Source: Firmicutes bacterium UBA3570
GTDB taxonomy: Bacteria > Bacillota > Sulfobacillia > UBA3561
Assembly (NCBI GenBank): GCA_002376005.1
Contig: DFNJ01000035.1
Location: 20,062-84,061, forward strand
DNA: 64,000 nucleotides
Reading direction: 5' to 3'
The position numbers and the translations under genes were made by a program. Below the pieces are notes generated by a model. That model made no database searches. It had not been told where the DNA came from and saw only the letters and a program-made list of their open reading frames with translations. Below, one piece after another: positions 1 to 10,006 of this stretch (positions are counted from its first letter, which is position 1; the number at the start of each line of letters is the position of its first letter).

Positions 1-545
1 CATCAGCTCGCAAAAGGCAAAAGGGTTGCCCGCCCGTCGGTGAAGTTCGGCTTTCTGAGCCCCCGGAAGAAAGCCATAGCTGTTCTTCAGGGCACAGGTC
101 AGTCCGGTGAGGCCGTGGGTCTTGAGTTTGGGAACGGATATGAGCACGTCACATTCCAGCACCAGCTCGGAAACCGCTACCCTGACACCCCACTGGGGCG
201 GCAGATCAACCATTCGCGTCCTGGCCCCGAGGTTCACGTAATGTGGTCCGGCAGCAGCAAGCAGGCCGCTTTCACGGAATGCCTCCTCATTGCTCCCGTA
301 GGCTGACATGCCGGGATTGTCGCCCACGTATATGCGCCGGGCACCTCGAAGCTTTATCTCCTCCACCAGGGCCCGCACCACTGCCGGGTGCGTACAAACC
401 CCCTCCTCCGGTTCCGACGCCCGCAAAGCATTGGGCTTGATGAGGACGGTTTTGCCGTCCACTGGCAGCTGGAAGAAATCCAAAATTTGGGCCACCGCCC
501 GACGACAATTTCCGTAGCTGCTCCTGATCAGTACCACCACACTCA
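1..545 (-). CDS. DUF362 domain protein, 5' part only (gene runs off the window start)
   Basis: Reverse complement of 540-545 is ATG AGT. The translation continues MSVVVLIRSSYGNCRRAVAQILDFFQLPVDGKTVLIKPNALRASEPEEGVCTHPAVVRALVE, with DGKTVLIKPN and THPAVVRAL motifs typical of DUF362. It is absent from the ORF track because it is truncated. Confidence 0.6.
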
Positions 546-593
546 TCGGGCTTCCTTCCCGCCCTCCAGCTCCGAGGGTCACGTTGCACATTC

Positions 594-830
594 TCAGGCG
601 AAGATGCGGCCTCCAAAGCGACTCATGAATCTGGCCACCTGTTCCGTCAAGTCGTCAGCCACCTTCTGGTTGTTCTGACTGATGGCAGCTGCCACCGCGC
701 GAGCGATACAGTCGGCTATCGCCTCCACCTCGTACCCCTTGCCTTCAGCCTTCGCTTCCTCGTAAAGCTGCGCGAACCGCTGGTTGATGAGTTCGCGCAG
801 GGCACCCTCTTCCAGACCCAGTTTCGGCAC
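594..830 (-). CDS. Small hypothetical protein (~78 aa) upstream of the DUF362 gene
   Basis: Within track ORF 594..869. An internal GTG at 830 is preceded by AGGAGG 9 nt upstream. The product (VPKLGLEEGALRELINQRFAQLYEEAKAEGKGYEVEAIADCIARAVAAAISQ...) is helical and Ala-rich, with no family recognised. Confidence 0.35.
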   Translation of the reverse strand: MPKLGLEEGALRELINQRFAQLYEEAKAEGKGYEVEAIADCIARAVAAAISQNNQKVADDLTEQVARFMSRFGGRIFA

Positions 831-1028
831 CCCGCCTCGCCTCCTCGTGACCTTGGTACATGCACCCACTTCGCCCGCCGTCGCTTATGATCCTCCCGCG
901 CTGGGCCGGCAGGTGCGGCCAAGGGTAAAGTGCCCAGACACCTGGCTCGGTGTGCTTGCAGGATCTTGTGGATATTTCACGTAGTGTTAAGTGTATTGGA
1001 AATTGTCGCCAGCAAAGGAGGGGGCCGC

Positions 1029-2468
1029 GTGATCGAGCTGGCAAGGAAGCTGCTGGAAAGGGCCAGAGAGGCCGGTGCCACCTACGCCGACGTTCGCGTG
1101 ATACGGCAGAAGGAACAAGGGGTCACGGTGAAGGACGGGGTCGTGGCGTCGGTCACCAATCAGGAAGACGCGGGTCTGGGCGTGCGGGTCATCGCCCAGG
1201 GAGCCTGGGGATTTGCCTCTGCCCCCGGCCTGGACCTGGAACGGGCCCTGCAGGTGGCCGAAGAAGCGGTGGCCATAGCCAGGGCCAGCGCCATGTTCAA
1301 GACCGGCGAAGATGTGTGTCTGGCTCCTGCCGACATCGTGGAGGATACCTACAGCACCCCGTACCGCACCGATCCCTTTGATGTCCCGCTACAGGATAAA
1401 GTAGACCTACTGCTGAAGGCAGACCGAGAGATGCGGTCGGTTGGCCGGGTGCGCAGCACCACCGCGCAGCTGCGCTTCCGCAAGGAGGAGAAGCTGTTCG
1501 CCAGTACCGAGGGGACCATCATACACCAGACGCTGCTGGAAAGCGGGGGAAACATCAGCGCCACCGCTGCCGAGCTGATGGAAGCACAAACCCGCAGCTG
1601 GGGGAACTGGGGAACCGGAGGATACGAGATCGTGCAAGACCTCGACCTGGAGGGCCAGGCACCCAGGGTGGCGAAGGAAGCAGCCGCCCTGCTGGACGCA
1701 GAGCAGTGCCCCAGTGGGGAGACCACCGTGATCCTGGATGGGCCCATGATGGCCTTGCAGATTCACGAATCGTGCGGACACCCGGTGGAACTGGACCGGG
1801 TGTTGGGGACGGAGGTAAGCCTGGCGGGAACCAGTTTCCTGACCCTGGACAAGAGGAGTCATTTCCGCTACGGCTCAGAACACGTCAACCTGGTGGCCGA
1901 CGCCACCATTCCCGGTGGCCTGGGAACGTTTGGCTACGACGACGAGGGCGTGCCCGCGCAGCGGACGGAGCTGGTCTCCCAGGGCATCTTCCAGGGCTAT
2001 TTGACCTCGCGGGAGACGGCACGCGTGCTGGGTGAAAGATCCAACGGAGCCATGCGAGCCACGGGGTGGAACAAGATACCGTTGATACGCATGACCAACA
2101 TAAACCTGGAGCCGGGAGACTGGACGCTGGAAGAGATGATCCGGGACACCAAGGAAGGACTGTACTTCTGCGGGGTCTCCAGCGGCAGCATCGATGACCT
2201 CAGGATCAACTTCCAATTCGGGGCCCAGCTGGGGTATCGCATCGAAGATGGGAGTCTCGGCAGCCTGATTAAGAATCCAACCTATACCGGGAAGACCCCT
2301 GCATTCTGGGGAGCGTGCGATGCCATTGCCGGGCGCGCTCCTGGCGAATGGCGGGTATGGGGGATACCCAACTGCGGCAAGGGCGAACCCATGCAGGTGG
2401 CCCACGTAGGTCACGGTACGGCCCCAACGCGCATCCGAAGGTTGAGGGTAGGTGTTAGCCGATGGTGA
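1029..2468 (+). CDS. tldD: TldD-family metalloprotease
   Basis: Contains the TldD/PmbA fold with an HESCGHPVELDRV (HExxxH) motif. GTG at 1029 is preceded by AGGAGG at 1016-1021. The track ORF beginning at 930 is over-extended. Confidence 0.85.
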   Translation: MIELARKLLERAREAGATYADVRVIRQKEQGVTVKDGVVASVTNQEDAGLGVRVIAQGAWGFASAPGLDLERALQVAEEAVAIARASAMFKTGEDVCLAPADIVEDTYSTPYRTDPFDVPLQDKVDLLLKADREMRSVGRVRSTTAQLRFRKEEKLFASTEGTIIHQTLLESGGNISATAAELMEAQTRSWGNWGTGGYEIVQDLDLEGQAPRVAKEAAALLDAEQCPSGETTVILDGPMMALQIHESCGHPVELDRVLGTEVSLAGTSFLTLDKRSHFRYGSEHVNLVADATIPGGLGTFGYDDEGVPAQRTELVSQGIFQGYLTSRETARVLGERSNGAMRATGWNKIPLIRMTNINLEPGDWTLEEMIRDTKEGLYFCGVSSGSIDDLRINFQFGAQLGYRIEDGSLGSLIKNPTYTGKTPAFWGACDAIAGRAPGEWRVWGIPNCGKGEPMQVAHVGHGTAPTRIRRLRVGVSRW

Positions 2469-2508
2469 ACCACCCTCATCGTCCAACGACACCAGGAGGT
2501 GGCCCCCA

Positions 2509-3870
2509 GTGCGGCAGGAACCGTTGATGCTGGGTCAGGAGAAGGCCCTGGATGTGCTCCAAAGAGTCCTGGCGCTGTCCGATGCCGACCGGACGGAGGC
2601 AATCCTGACCGGAGCGGAGACCAGGCTAACTCGCTACGCCAACAACTACATCCATCAGAACGTGGTGGAACGACAACTGAGCATCACCATTAAGACCACC
2701 ATCGGGCAACGAACGGGAATTGCGGTCACCGGACGGACGGACGAAGAAGGCCTCAGAGAAGCCGTGCGTCGTGCCGTGGAAACTGCCACCGTGACCCCCC
2801 CTGATCCCGACCTGCCGCCGCTGCCCCAGCCCCGCCCGGTGCCGACCGTAGACGCGTTCTGTGCCGCCACCGCTGGGCTCAGCGCCAGAGAGCGGGCAGA
2901 ACGCGCGGGAGCAGTGATAAAGAAAGCGCAAAAGCTCGGCCTGGTGGCCTCCGGATCCTTTTCCGTGGCCACCTACGAGCTGGCGGTGGCCAATTCAGAG
3001 GGTGTGGCTGCATACCATCCCCAGACCCGCGCGAACCTGGTGGCAATAGTGTCGGGGGAAGACAGCTCAGGGTACGCCTCCGCCCTCAGCGTGAGGGCCG
3101 AGGACATCGACGTTGAGGCAAAGGCGGAGGTCGCAATCCGCAAATGCTTGGAAGGCCGCAACCCACGCCCGCTCGAGCCGGGAGTTTACGAAGTGGTTCT
3201 GGAACCCGAGGCGGTGTCAGACGTCATCGGATCCCTTGCCCTCGCCTTCAATGGGCAGTGGGTCCGGGAGGGCCGCAGTCCGTTCGCCAACAAGCTGGGT
3301 CAGCGCGTATTCGCACCGGTCTTCCATCTATGGGATGACCCCCTGAGCAGCGAGGGCATCCCTCTGCCTTTTGACTTCGAGGGAGTCCCCAAATCGCGCA
3401 TGGAACTGGTCACCGCGGGGGTGGTGGCCGGCTTCGTCTACAACACGTACACCGCGGCCAAGGAGGGACGCGAGTCCACCGGTCATGCGTTGCCGCCGCA
3501 GGCCCGGACCTTCGGCGCCTTTCCCGCTCATCTGTTCATGGGTACCGGTGACTCCGGGTCGTCCCTCGACATGGCAGCACGGATGCAGAGGGGACTGCTG
3601 GTCACCCGTTTCAACTACAACCGGGTCGTGCACCCGGTGAAAATGGTGATCACCGGCCTGACCCGGGACGGCGTGTGGTACGTAGAGGACGGTAAAGTGC
3701 GGCATCCGGTGAGCAACCTGAGGTACACCCAGAGCATCCTGGAAGCATTAAACGACATCCGCGGCATCGGTAGTCAGCGGGAACTGAAGTCGTTCTTCGG
3801 TCTAGGCTCTTGCTGCGTGCCCGCTTTGCACCTCGGTTCGTGGTCGTTCACCGGAGACACTCGTCTGTGA
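2509..3870 (+). CDS. pmbA: PmbA/TldE-family protein, partner of TldD
   Basis: Second TldD/PmbA-family ORF directly downstream. GTG at 2509 has AGGAGG at 2494-2499. The 5' end of the track ORF overlaps the tldD stop. Confidence 0.8.
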   Translation: MRQEPLMLGQEKALDVLQRVLALSDADRTEAILTGAETRLTRYANNYIHQNVVERQLSITIKTTIGQRTGIAVTGRTDEEGLREAVRRAVETATVTPPDPDLPPLPQPRPVPTVDAFCAATAGLSARERAERAGAVIKKAQKLGLVASGSFSVATYELAVANSEGVAAYHPQTRANLVAIVSGEDSSGYASALSVRAEDIDVEAKAEVAIRKCLEGRNPRPLEPGVYEVVLEPEAVSDVIGSLALAFNGQWVREGRSPFANKLGQRVFAPVFHLWDDPLSSEGIPLPFDFEGVPKSRMELVTAGVVAGFVYNTYTAAKEGRESTGHALPPQARTFGAFPAHLFMGTGDSGSSLDMAARMQRGLLVTRFNYNRVVHPVKMVITGLTRDGVWYVEDGKVRHPVSNLRYTQSILEALNDIRGIGSQRELKSFFGLGSCCVPALHLGSWSFTGDTRL

Positions 3871-4082
3871 GCTATGCGGCGAAGAGCGTCAGGCCACCGC
3901 GCGCAACGGAGGGCCGGTGCCCATGAACCGGCTACCGGAGCGGCGATGAGCGCCGGCACCACGGCAACCCCAGCATGTCCTCCTGCGCGCCGGTGGCCTC
4001 TCGCTCGGCCATGGGCAGGGCGGGTTGCTGATGCCGGAAGGGCAGTATACATCAAACCCTGGGGGTCATGGAGGTAAGCATC

Positions 4083-5078
4083 GTGCGCGTGATGGTCACC
4101 GGCGGAGCGGGTTACGTAGGGGCACACACCGTACGTGCCCTGCTCGAAGAGGGCCACGAGGTACTGGTAATTGACGACCTGAGTCAGGGACACCGTTCTG
4201 CCATTCCCCAGGAGGTGAAGTTCCTCCGCGGCGATTTTGCCGATCCCCGGGTGCTGGAGGAGGCGGCCAGCTGGGGTCCGCAGGGGGTCATCCACTTCGC
4301 GGCCCGGACATCGGTGGCGGAGTCAGTGCGGGAGCCCATGGCGTACTACCACCAAAACCTCGGCAAGTCCCTCCAGCTGGTGGAGTGGATGATCGCCCGT
4401 GGCGTCCGACTGCTGGTGCTATCGTCCACCGCCGCGGTCTACGGCGAACCGGAAACCACCCCGATCCAGGAGGATCACCCCCACCGGCCGACCAGTCCAT
4501 ACGGGCATTCCAAGAGCCTCCTGGAAAAGACCCTCCGCCTGCTGGCACCAGGAAGGCTGCAAGTCTGCTGCTTGCGCTATTTCAACGCGGCAGGAGCACA
4601 CCCCAGCGGAGAAATAGGGGAAGACCATCGTCCGGAAACCCACCTGATACCGCTGCTGTGCAAGGTGGCCCTTGGACAGGTGGAAAGAATCCAGGTCTTC
4701 GGGGCCGACTACCCTACCCCGGACGGGACCGCCATCCGGGATTACGTCCACGTGTGCGACCTGGCCGACGCCCACATTCGAGCCCTGACCCTCCTGGCCA
4801 CTGGAGGTGCAGCCTTTGCTTACAACCTGGGCACGGGGCGAGGATACTCAGTCCTGGAGGTCATCCGTACTGCTCGGCGGGTGATCCCCCACCCCATCCC
4901 GGTGGAGTTCGCCCCTCGTCGTCCCGGGGATCCCGCGAAACTGGTGGCCAGTGCGGAACGCGCAGAGCGTGAAATGGGCTGGCGGCGCCGCTATTCGGAC
5001 CTGGAAACCATCATCGCCACCGCCTGGCGCTGGCATTCAACCCATCCCCGGGGATACGACCAGGAGCAGGTGGGCTAG
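4083..5078 (+). CDS. galE: UDP-glucose 4-epimerase
   Basis: MVTGGAGYVGAH Rossmann motif and length are GalE-like. GTG at 4083 follows GGAGGT at 4070-4075. ATG at 4068 is an alternative start. Confidence 0.85.
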   Translation: MRVMVTGGAGYVGAHTVRALLEEGHEVLVIDDLSQGHRSAIPQEVKFLRGDFADPRVLEEAASWGPQGVIHFAARTSVAESVREPMAYYHQNLGKSLQLVEWMIARGVRLLVLSSTAAVYGEPETTPIQEDHPHRPTSPYGHSKSLLEKTLRLLAPGRLQVCCLRYFNAAGAHPSGEIGEDHRPETHLIPLLCKVALGQVERIQVFGADYPTPDGTAIRDYVHVCDLADAHIRALTLLATGGAAFAYNLGTGRGYSVLEVIRTARRVIPHPIPVEFAPRRPGDPAKLVASAERAEREMGWRRRYSDLETIIATAWRWHSTHPRGYDQEQVG

Positions 5079-5857
5079 ACCTCCTGCCGCAACATCACCG
5101 CCCAGGCAACCATCACCAGCAGGACAGATCCCAGCAGGAAGGTCAGAGTTGCCCCCACCACCTGCGCCGCGCCGAGTCGTCCCGCCTCCAGGATCAAGGT
5201 GGCGCCGGCGAAAGGGGACAGCCGAGCTGCCGACCTGAGCTCCGGCTGCACGAACCAGTTGGTCGCGGGCGTTGCCACGAAGAGCAGCAGCGCGGCAGAA
5301 CTCAGACCCGCCCCGAGACTACTGCGCCACAGCACCGACATCAGAAGGCAAAGGGCGATGCTCAGATACCCCGCCTGCAACACCAGCCATGATCCAAGCA
5401 GGTACTGCGTGACGGAAATCTCCCAGTAGGGCAACAGCCGCACGTAGCCCACCACCGTCGCCAGGGCGAAGACAGCGGTGAAGGCGGCGGCACTTGCCAC
5501 CACCTTGACTTGGAGGAACTGGCCACGGGTCACCGGCTTGGAGAGGTAAAGCAGCAAATCTCCGCGGTCATACTCCCGGCTGATGGCCCCTGCGGCGAGC
5601 AGCGGAGGGACCATGAAGGTGGCCATCTTGAGCAGGGAGTTACCAAACCACATCCACATCACCGCTCGGTCGGGATCACCCAGCTGTTCCCACTGACGGA
5701 TGATCTCGCCCACCTGTCCCTGAGGGTTGCTCAGCCCCCAACCGGTCACCAGGACCACGTACAACGCTGCTGCCACCGCGAGGATGAAATTCGACGACCC
5801 CAGCAGTCCCCTGATTTCCTGTACCAGCCAGTCTCCGAGCGCCACCCGCAATTTCAT
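5075..5857 (-). CDS. ABC-2 type transporter permease
   Basis: Multi-pass hydrophobic protein. ATG at 5857 has a GGAGGAGGAAGG RBS and overlaps the upstream ATPase stop in an ATGA arrangement. The 62 codons listed in the track before this start are low complexity. Confidence 0.6.
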   Translation of the reverse strand: MKLRVALGDWLVQEIRGLLGSSNFILAVAAALYVVLVTGWGLSNPQGQVGEIIRQWEQLGDPDRAVMWMWFGNSLLKMATFMVPPLLAAGAISREYDRGDLLLYLSKPVTRGQFLQVKVVASAAAFTAVFALATVVGYVRLLPYWEISVTQYLLGSWLVLQAGYLSIALCLLMSVLWRSSLGAGLSSAALLLFVATPATNWFVQPELRSAARLSPFAGATLILEAGRLGAAQVVGATLTFLLGSVLLVMVAWAVMLRQEV

Positions 5858-6594
5858 CCTTCCTCCTCCAGCCAGCGCCGGTAGCTGGCTTCCAGTTCCG
5901 CCGGTGACTCCACCAGTTGTTCCATGGTCCCCCACCTGATGGGTTTCCCCGAGCGCAGAACCAGCAGCGCCGTGCAACTGCCAGGAAGCAGCTGCGCCTC
6001 CCGAGCGGTCACGATCACCGCCCGCCCCTGGGTCTGCCACGAGCGAATGAGCTGGCAGGACAGTTCGCGGAGGGCTCGTGACTCCTCATCGGGAGAAAGT
6101 CCCGGAAAGTCGTCAAACACCAGCAGTTCCGGGTCCCCGAGGAGCGCCTGCGCCAATCCTACCCGCAGCAGGTCGTCGCGATCCAGCCGCGCCATGGGCT
6201 GCTGGTCGAGAGAAGAAAGACCGACGGTACTCGCCACTGTCTCCACCCGCTCGCCCAGCACCTCGGGGGACAAACCCCACATCAGCCCCACGTACCGCAA
6301 GAACCAGCGGGGTGTTCGGTCCCGGGGTAGGTTGAATCCCTCAGGAACCAGTCCGGTCCTGGATCTTACCTGCAGCCCCCACCGCTGCGGATCGACGCCG
6401 AAGACCCGGAGCGTGCCCTCGTTCCTGGCGGTCAACCCCATGAGGAGCTTGAGCAGTACGGTTTTACCGGAGTCAGCAGGACCCAGCACCCCCAGGCATC
6501 CCCCCCGCTGAAGTACAAGATCGACCGGTCCCAGGACGAAGCGCCTCCGGCGGTAGCGTCTGGTGAGGCGTTGGGCCAGAATCACGGGATCCAC
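5854..6594 (-). CDS. ABC transporter ATP-binding protein
   Basis: Walker A GPADSGKT, Q-loop, signature-like LSPDEE and Walker B LLVFDD motifs. Starts with GTG. Confidence 0.8.
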   Translation of the reverse strand: MDPVILAQRLTRRYRRRRFVLGPVDLVLQRGGCLGVLGPADSGKTVLLKLLMGLTARNEGTLRVFGVDPQRWGLQVRSRTGLVPEGFNLPRDRTPRWFLRYVGLMWGLSPEVLGERVETVASTVGLSSLDQQPMARLDRDDLLRVGLAQALLGDPELLVFDDFPGLSPDEESRALRELSCQLIRSWQTQGRAVIVTAREAQLLPGSCTALLVLRSGKPIRWGTMEQLVESPAELEASYRRWLEEEG

Positions 6595-6651
6595 CCGATC
6601 ATTCCCCCCGCCCGAACGAACTTTCGCACCCTGCCCTCTCTCCCTTTCCTT

Positions 6652-8079
6652 TCAATGTTTTTCCAGCTGGTGATGGGGAGGACGAGCCCCCTGGGGCAGT
6701 GGGCACCGGTAAGGGCTACCCTCAGTGGCTCTGCGGAATTCCTCTCGGGCCTCCGCCAGTACCTCCGGTCTGGTCAGCAGATCGCGAACGGTCAGTGCCA
6801 GCACCTCCGCTGCAGTCAACATGCCCTTATGACCTATGCTCATGCCGCTGGTAGCGGTCATCTGCCACGAGTGACCCGCCGCCCCGATGACCGTGCACGC
6901 GGTGGCAAACTGAGCGGTGGGAACCACCCAGCTGACGTCGCCGACGTCGGTAGATCCAGGCATGACCTCGTCGCTCTCCCGCAGCGGGAGGACTCCGTCG
7001 TGGAGATCCTTACCCCTGAGCTCTTCCGCCAGTTCCTTGAAACGCGACACCGCCGCCTCCTGCTGACCGGGGGCAAAAGTCTCCCGCAGCTGTCTCGCGA
7101 ACTGACGATCTGCCTCGTCAAACGGTGGGGCACCGACCTTCCTGAGGTTTTGATGCAGCAGCTTCCCGAGGACGCGGTTGGGCAGGTACTGATAACATCC
7201 CGCCAGGAACTCCACATCGTATTCCGTCTCCGTCATGATGGCCGCTCCCTTGGCACACAGCAACAGGCGCTGGTATATTTCTTCCACCTGTTCGCGTTTG
7301 GGAGCTCGCACGTAATACCACACCTCCGCCTCCGCGGGAACCACGTTGGGCTCGCCGCCACCCCTGGTTATGACATAGTGGATGCGAGCTTTCTCCACCA
7401 CGTGTTCGCGGAGGTAGTTGGCGCCCACATTCATTATCTCAACTGCATCCAACGCACTACGCCCCATATCCGGATTGGCAGCAGCGTGGGCGGACCGCCC
7501 GTAGAACCGGAACTTGGCGGAGTTGTTGGCCAAGGAGCTGGCGGCCCACACGGAATTCAGTGCCGCGGGATGCCAGGTGAGAGCGGCATCGACATCGTCA
7601 AACAGGCCATCCCGAACCATGAACACCTTGCCCACCAGGGTCTCTTCCGCCGGACAGCCGTAATACCGCACCGTACCGCCCAACCCTGAGCTTTCCATCT
7701 CCTCCTTGAGCGCAATTGCCGCCGCCACTCCCGCCACGCCCAGCAGATTGTGCCCGCAGCCGTGACCGGGTGCTCCCTCCCTGAGTGGCTCGCGACGCGG
7801 CACTGCCTTCTGGGAAAGGCCCGGCAGGGCATCGTACTCCCCAAGAATAGCCACCACCGGCTTGCCGGAGCCGTACGTGGCCACGAACGCGGTGGGCATG
7901 TCGGCAACTCCTGAGGTCACCTCGAACCCGGCCTTAGCCAGCTCTTCCGCCAGGAGGGCGGACGACTGATGCTCCTGCAGGCCCACCTCCGCCAGCTCCC
8001 AGATCCGGTCGCTCAGGGCGGTTGCCCAATCGGCCCGCTGTCGCACCCGCTCCGCCAATCGATCATTCATCCCGCTCAT
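6652..8079 (-). CDS. M20D-family amidohydrolase (AbgB-like)
   Basis: AbgB-like N-terminus MSGMNDRLAERV..ALLAEELAKAGFEV. Length and metal-binding His/Asp/Glu spacing are consistent with M20D. Confidence 0.8.
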   Translation of the reverse strand: MSGMNDRLAERVRQRADWATALSDRIWELAEVGLQEHQSSALLAEELAKAGFEVTSGVADMPTAFVATYGSGKPVVAILGEYDALPGLSQKAVPRREPLREGAPGHGCGHNLLGVAGVAAAIALKEEMESSGLGGTVRYYGCPAEETLVGKVFMVRDGLFDDVDAALTWHPAALNSVWAASSLANNSAKFRFYGRSAHAAANPDMGRSALDAVEIMNVGANYLREHVVEKARIHYVITRGGGEPNVVPAEAEVWYYVRAPKREQVEEIYQRLLLCAKGAAIMTETEYDVEFLAGCYQYLPNRVLGKLLHQNLRKVGAPPFDEADRQFARQLRETFAPGQQEAAVSRFKELAEELRGKDLHDGVLPLRESDEVMPGSTDVGDVSWVVPTAQFATACTVIGAAGHSWQMTATSGMSIGHKGMLTAAEVLALTVRDLLTRPEVLAEAREEFRRATEGSPYRCPLPQGARPPHHQLEKH

Positions 8080-10006
8080 CTCCCTTCAGATGTTGCTCCA
8101 AGAAAGTCGCCACCTTCTGGTAAGCGGTGAACCGATTGTGAGTCTTCACGATGCCGTGTCCTTCATCGGGGAAGTACAGCACTTCGACGCACCGCCCCAG
8201 CTCCTGAAGGCGTTTGACCATCTGCTGGGTCTCGGTCACCGGTACCCGCGGATCGTTCATCCCGTGGATCAGGAGCAAAGGTGCCCGGATCTTGTCCACG
8301 TGGTGTATGGGCGAGATGCTCTGTAGAAATTGGCGATCTTCGGCCAAACTCCCGTATTCCGACTCGCGCAGCCTCCGGCGCCAGGGACCGGTGTTCTCCA
8401 GGAAGGTCACGAAGTTGGCGATACCCACCAGATCCACTCCTGCTGCCCAGAGATCGGGATAGTAACATAAAGCCGCCAGTACCATGAATCCGCCGTAACT
8501 GGCCCCATACACCGCGATGCGCCGTGGGTCAATCTCGGGGCGGGTCCTCAGCCACCGGGCACCCCACGCCAGGTCTGCCACCGCATCCATCCGCCGCCTC
8601 CGGTCATCGAGATGGGTGTAAGTGCGTCCATAGCCAGTACTGCCGCGAACGTTGGGTGCGAACACCGCATAACCCTGCCTCAGGAAAAATTGCAACAAAG
8701 GGTCGAAGGTGGGCCGTTTCTGACTTTCCGGGCCGCCGTGTACCATCACCACGCAGGGGCAACTGTCCGATGTTTTCGGATGGTAGTACCACGCCGGGAT
8801 TCGCCGCCCGTCGAAGGTAGGATAGGTCACCAGCTCCGGCATGAGGAAGTCGCCCCGCGCCAGGCCAGACCGGGAGCTATCAGTCAGACGCCTGCTGCTG
8901 CCGTCAGCACTATCCAGCAACCACACCTCCGGGTTGCAAACCGGGCTCTCGTGGACGAAGGCCAGGTAGCGCCCGCTAGGTGACCACTGGAGCTCGGTAA
9001 TGACTCCATCAGGTATACTGCCCACCTGGGTAACCTCGCCCTCCACGCTCACCAGGATCAAGCGGGACCACCCGTCCTCATTGACGGTGGCTGCCAGCAG
9101 ACTGCCGTCGGGACGCAGGGCCATGCCGTCCACATCCGCCTCCGGGCCGTGGAGAACCTCCAGGCCTTCTCCCGGGCGTAGGCGGCACAGCGCCCGGAAC
9201 TCCCGTCCTTGGTCAGACAACAGATACACGCAGCCATCCCGATGGTTCCAGGCAGGCATCTGGTAGGACGCCAGCCCCTGGTGGGGAGTGAGTAGTTCGA
9301 TAGTCCCGCTACCCAGATCCAGCAGCAGGAGGTCATTGTTCATGCTGCCACGCACCCGACTCACCAGCAGTTTGTTACCGTCGGGTGCCCAGGCTACCGG
9401 GTAATGGGTACCGTCCGCCCGCAACACCGGATCGGGCAGACTGGTGGCTGTCTCGGACACTCGCATCACGTACACATCGAAGAACGCAGCGTGGCGAGCG
9501 TTACAGGCAAAAGCTACCCATTCCCCATCCGGAGAGAAATCCCCGGGCACGCAGATGGCACCCTCGGCAAAGGTCAACCTCCGTTCCGGGTGTCCGCCTT
9601 CTCCCAGCAAATAAATTTGGTGCCGTTCGTTACCTCCCTGATCCATGGTGAACAGCATCTCGGGTCGACGAGGGCTGTGTCGCAGCGCAGCTACCCTCTC
9701 GCGGTGAAAGGTGAGCTGCTGAGGCCACCCATTCCCCTCCACCCCCACCGACCACACCTGGGGCACGCCCGAGACATCCCAGAGAAAATAAAGGCGGCGC
9801 TCATCCAGGCTGAAGCTGGGACTTCGAGCAGCCCTTATGGCCAGATACTGGCGCAGCACCTTCACCCACCACATCATCCATTCCTCCTCCGTCCGTAGAC
9901 CGGGCGCATCAATCTCAACCAACGTAACCGGCGCCGCGCTGCAACCCATCCCGCGACGCTCACTGGCGACCGCATCTGGCTCCCACCTCTCCCCCCGGTG
10001 CACCAC
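8063..10006 (-). CDS. S9-family serine peptidase with N-terminal beta-propeller
   Basis: GASYGGFM nucleophile elbow and VMVHGGP motif in the C-terminus, with propeller-like repeats N-terminally. GTG start directly after the stop of the upstream gene. Confidence 0.8.
   Translation of the reverse strand: MVHRGERWEPDAVASERRGMGCSAAPVTLVEIDAPGLRTEEEWMMWWVKVLRQYLAIRAARSPSFSLDERRLYFLWDVSGVPQVWSVGVEGNGWPQQLTFHRERVAALRHSPRRPEMLFTMDQGGNERHQIYLLGEGGHPERRLTFAEGAICVPGDFSPDGEWVAFACNARHAAFFDVYVMRVSETATSLPDPVLRADGTHYPVAWAPDGNKLLVSRVRGSMNNDLLLLDLGSGTIELLTPHQGLASYQMPAWNHRDGCVYLLSDQGREFRALCRLRPGEGLEVLHGPEADVDGMALRPDGSLLAATVNEDGWSRLILVSVEGEVTQVGSIPDGVITELQWSPSGRYLAFVHESPVCNPEVWLLDSADGSSRRLTDSSRSGLARGDFLMPELVTYPTFDGRRIPAWYYHPKTSDSCPCVVMVHGGPESQKRPTFDPLLQFFLRQGYAVFAPNVRGSTGYGRTYTHLDDRRRRMDAVADLAWGARWLRTRPEIDPRRIAVYGASYGGFMVLAALCYYPDLWAAGVDLVGIANFVTFLENTGPWRRRLRESEYGSLAEDRQFLQSISPIHHVDKIRAPLLLIHGMNDPRVPVTETQQMVKRLQELGRCVEVLYFPDEGHGIVKTHNRFTAYQKVATFLEQHLKGDERDE

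Noticed and set aside
930-1028. Extended 5' end of the tldD track ORF (start at 930); similarly 41221..43233 (ilvD), 44500..45228 (leuD), 11041..11445 (fmdB), 29348..30562 (dmpA) and 5075..6040 (permease)
   Set aside because: The upstream codons are low-complexity and lack an SD. Internal ATG or GTG starts have good SD spacing and match canonical N-termini of the families.
3871-4082. Possible galE promoter TTGCTG-15-TATACA at about 4028-4054
   Set aside because: The 15-nt spacer is sub-optimal and the context is GC-rich. It is too weak to annotate as a feature without transcript data.
6571-7689. 372-aa plus-strand ORF, typical of many long ORFs antisense to minus-strand genes. Others include 9998..10981, 16884..18005, 19152..20039, 21567..22373, 41287..42327, 42736..44049, 44981..46015, 46258..47589, 48290..49555 and 56969..57727.
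   Set aside because: Each lies entirely inside a confidently identified gene on the opposite strand. Translations are Arg/Pro/Gly-rich low-complexity sequence with no motifs. These are the expected stop-codon-poor antisense frames of GC-rich DNA.
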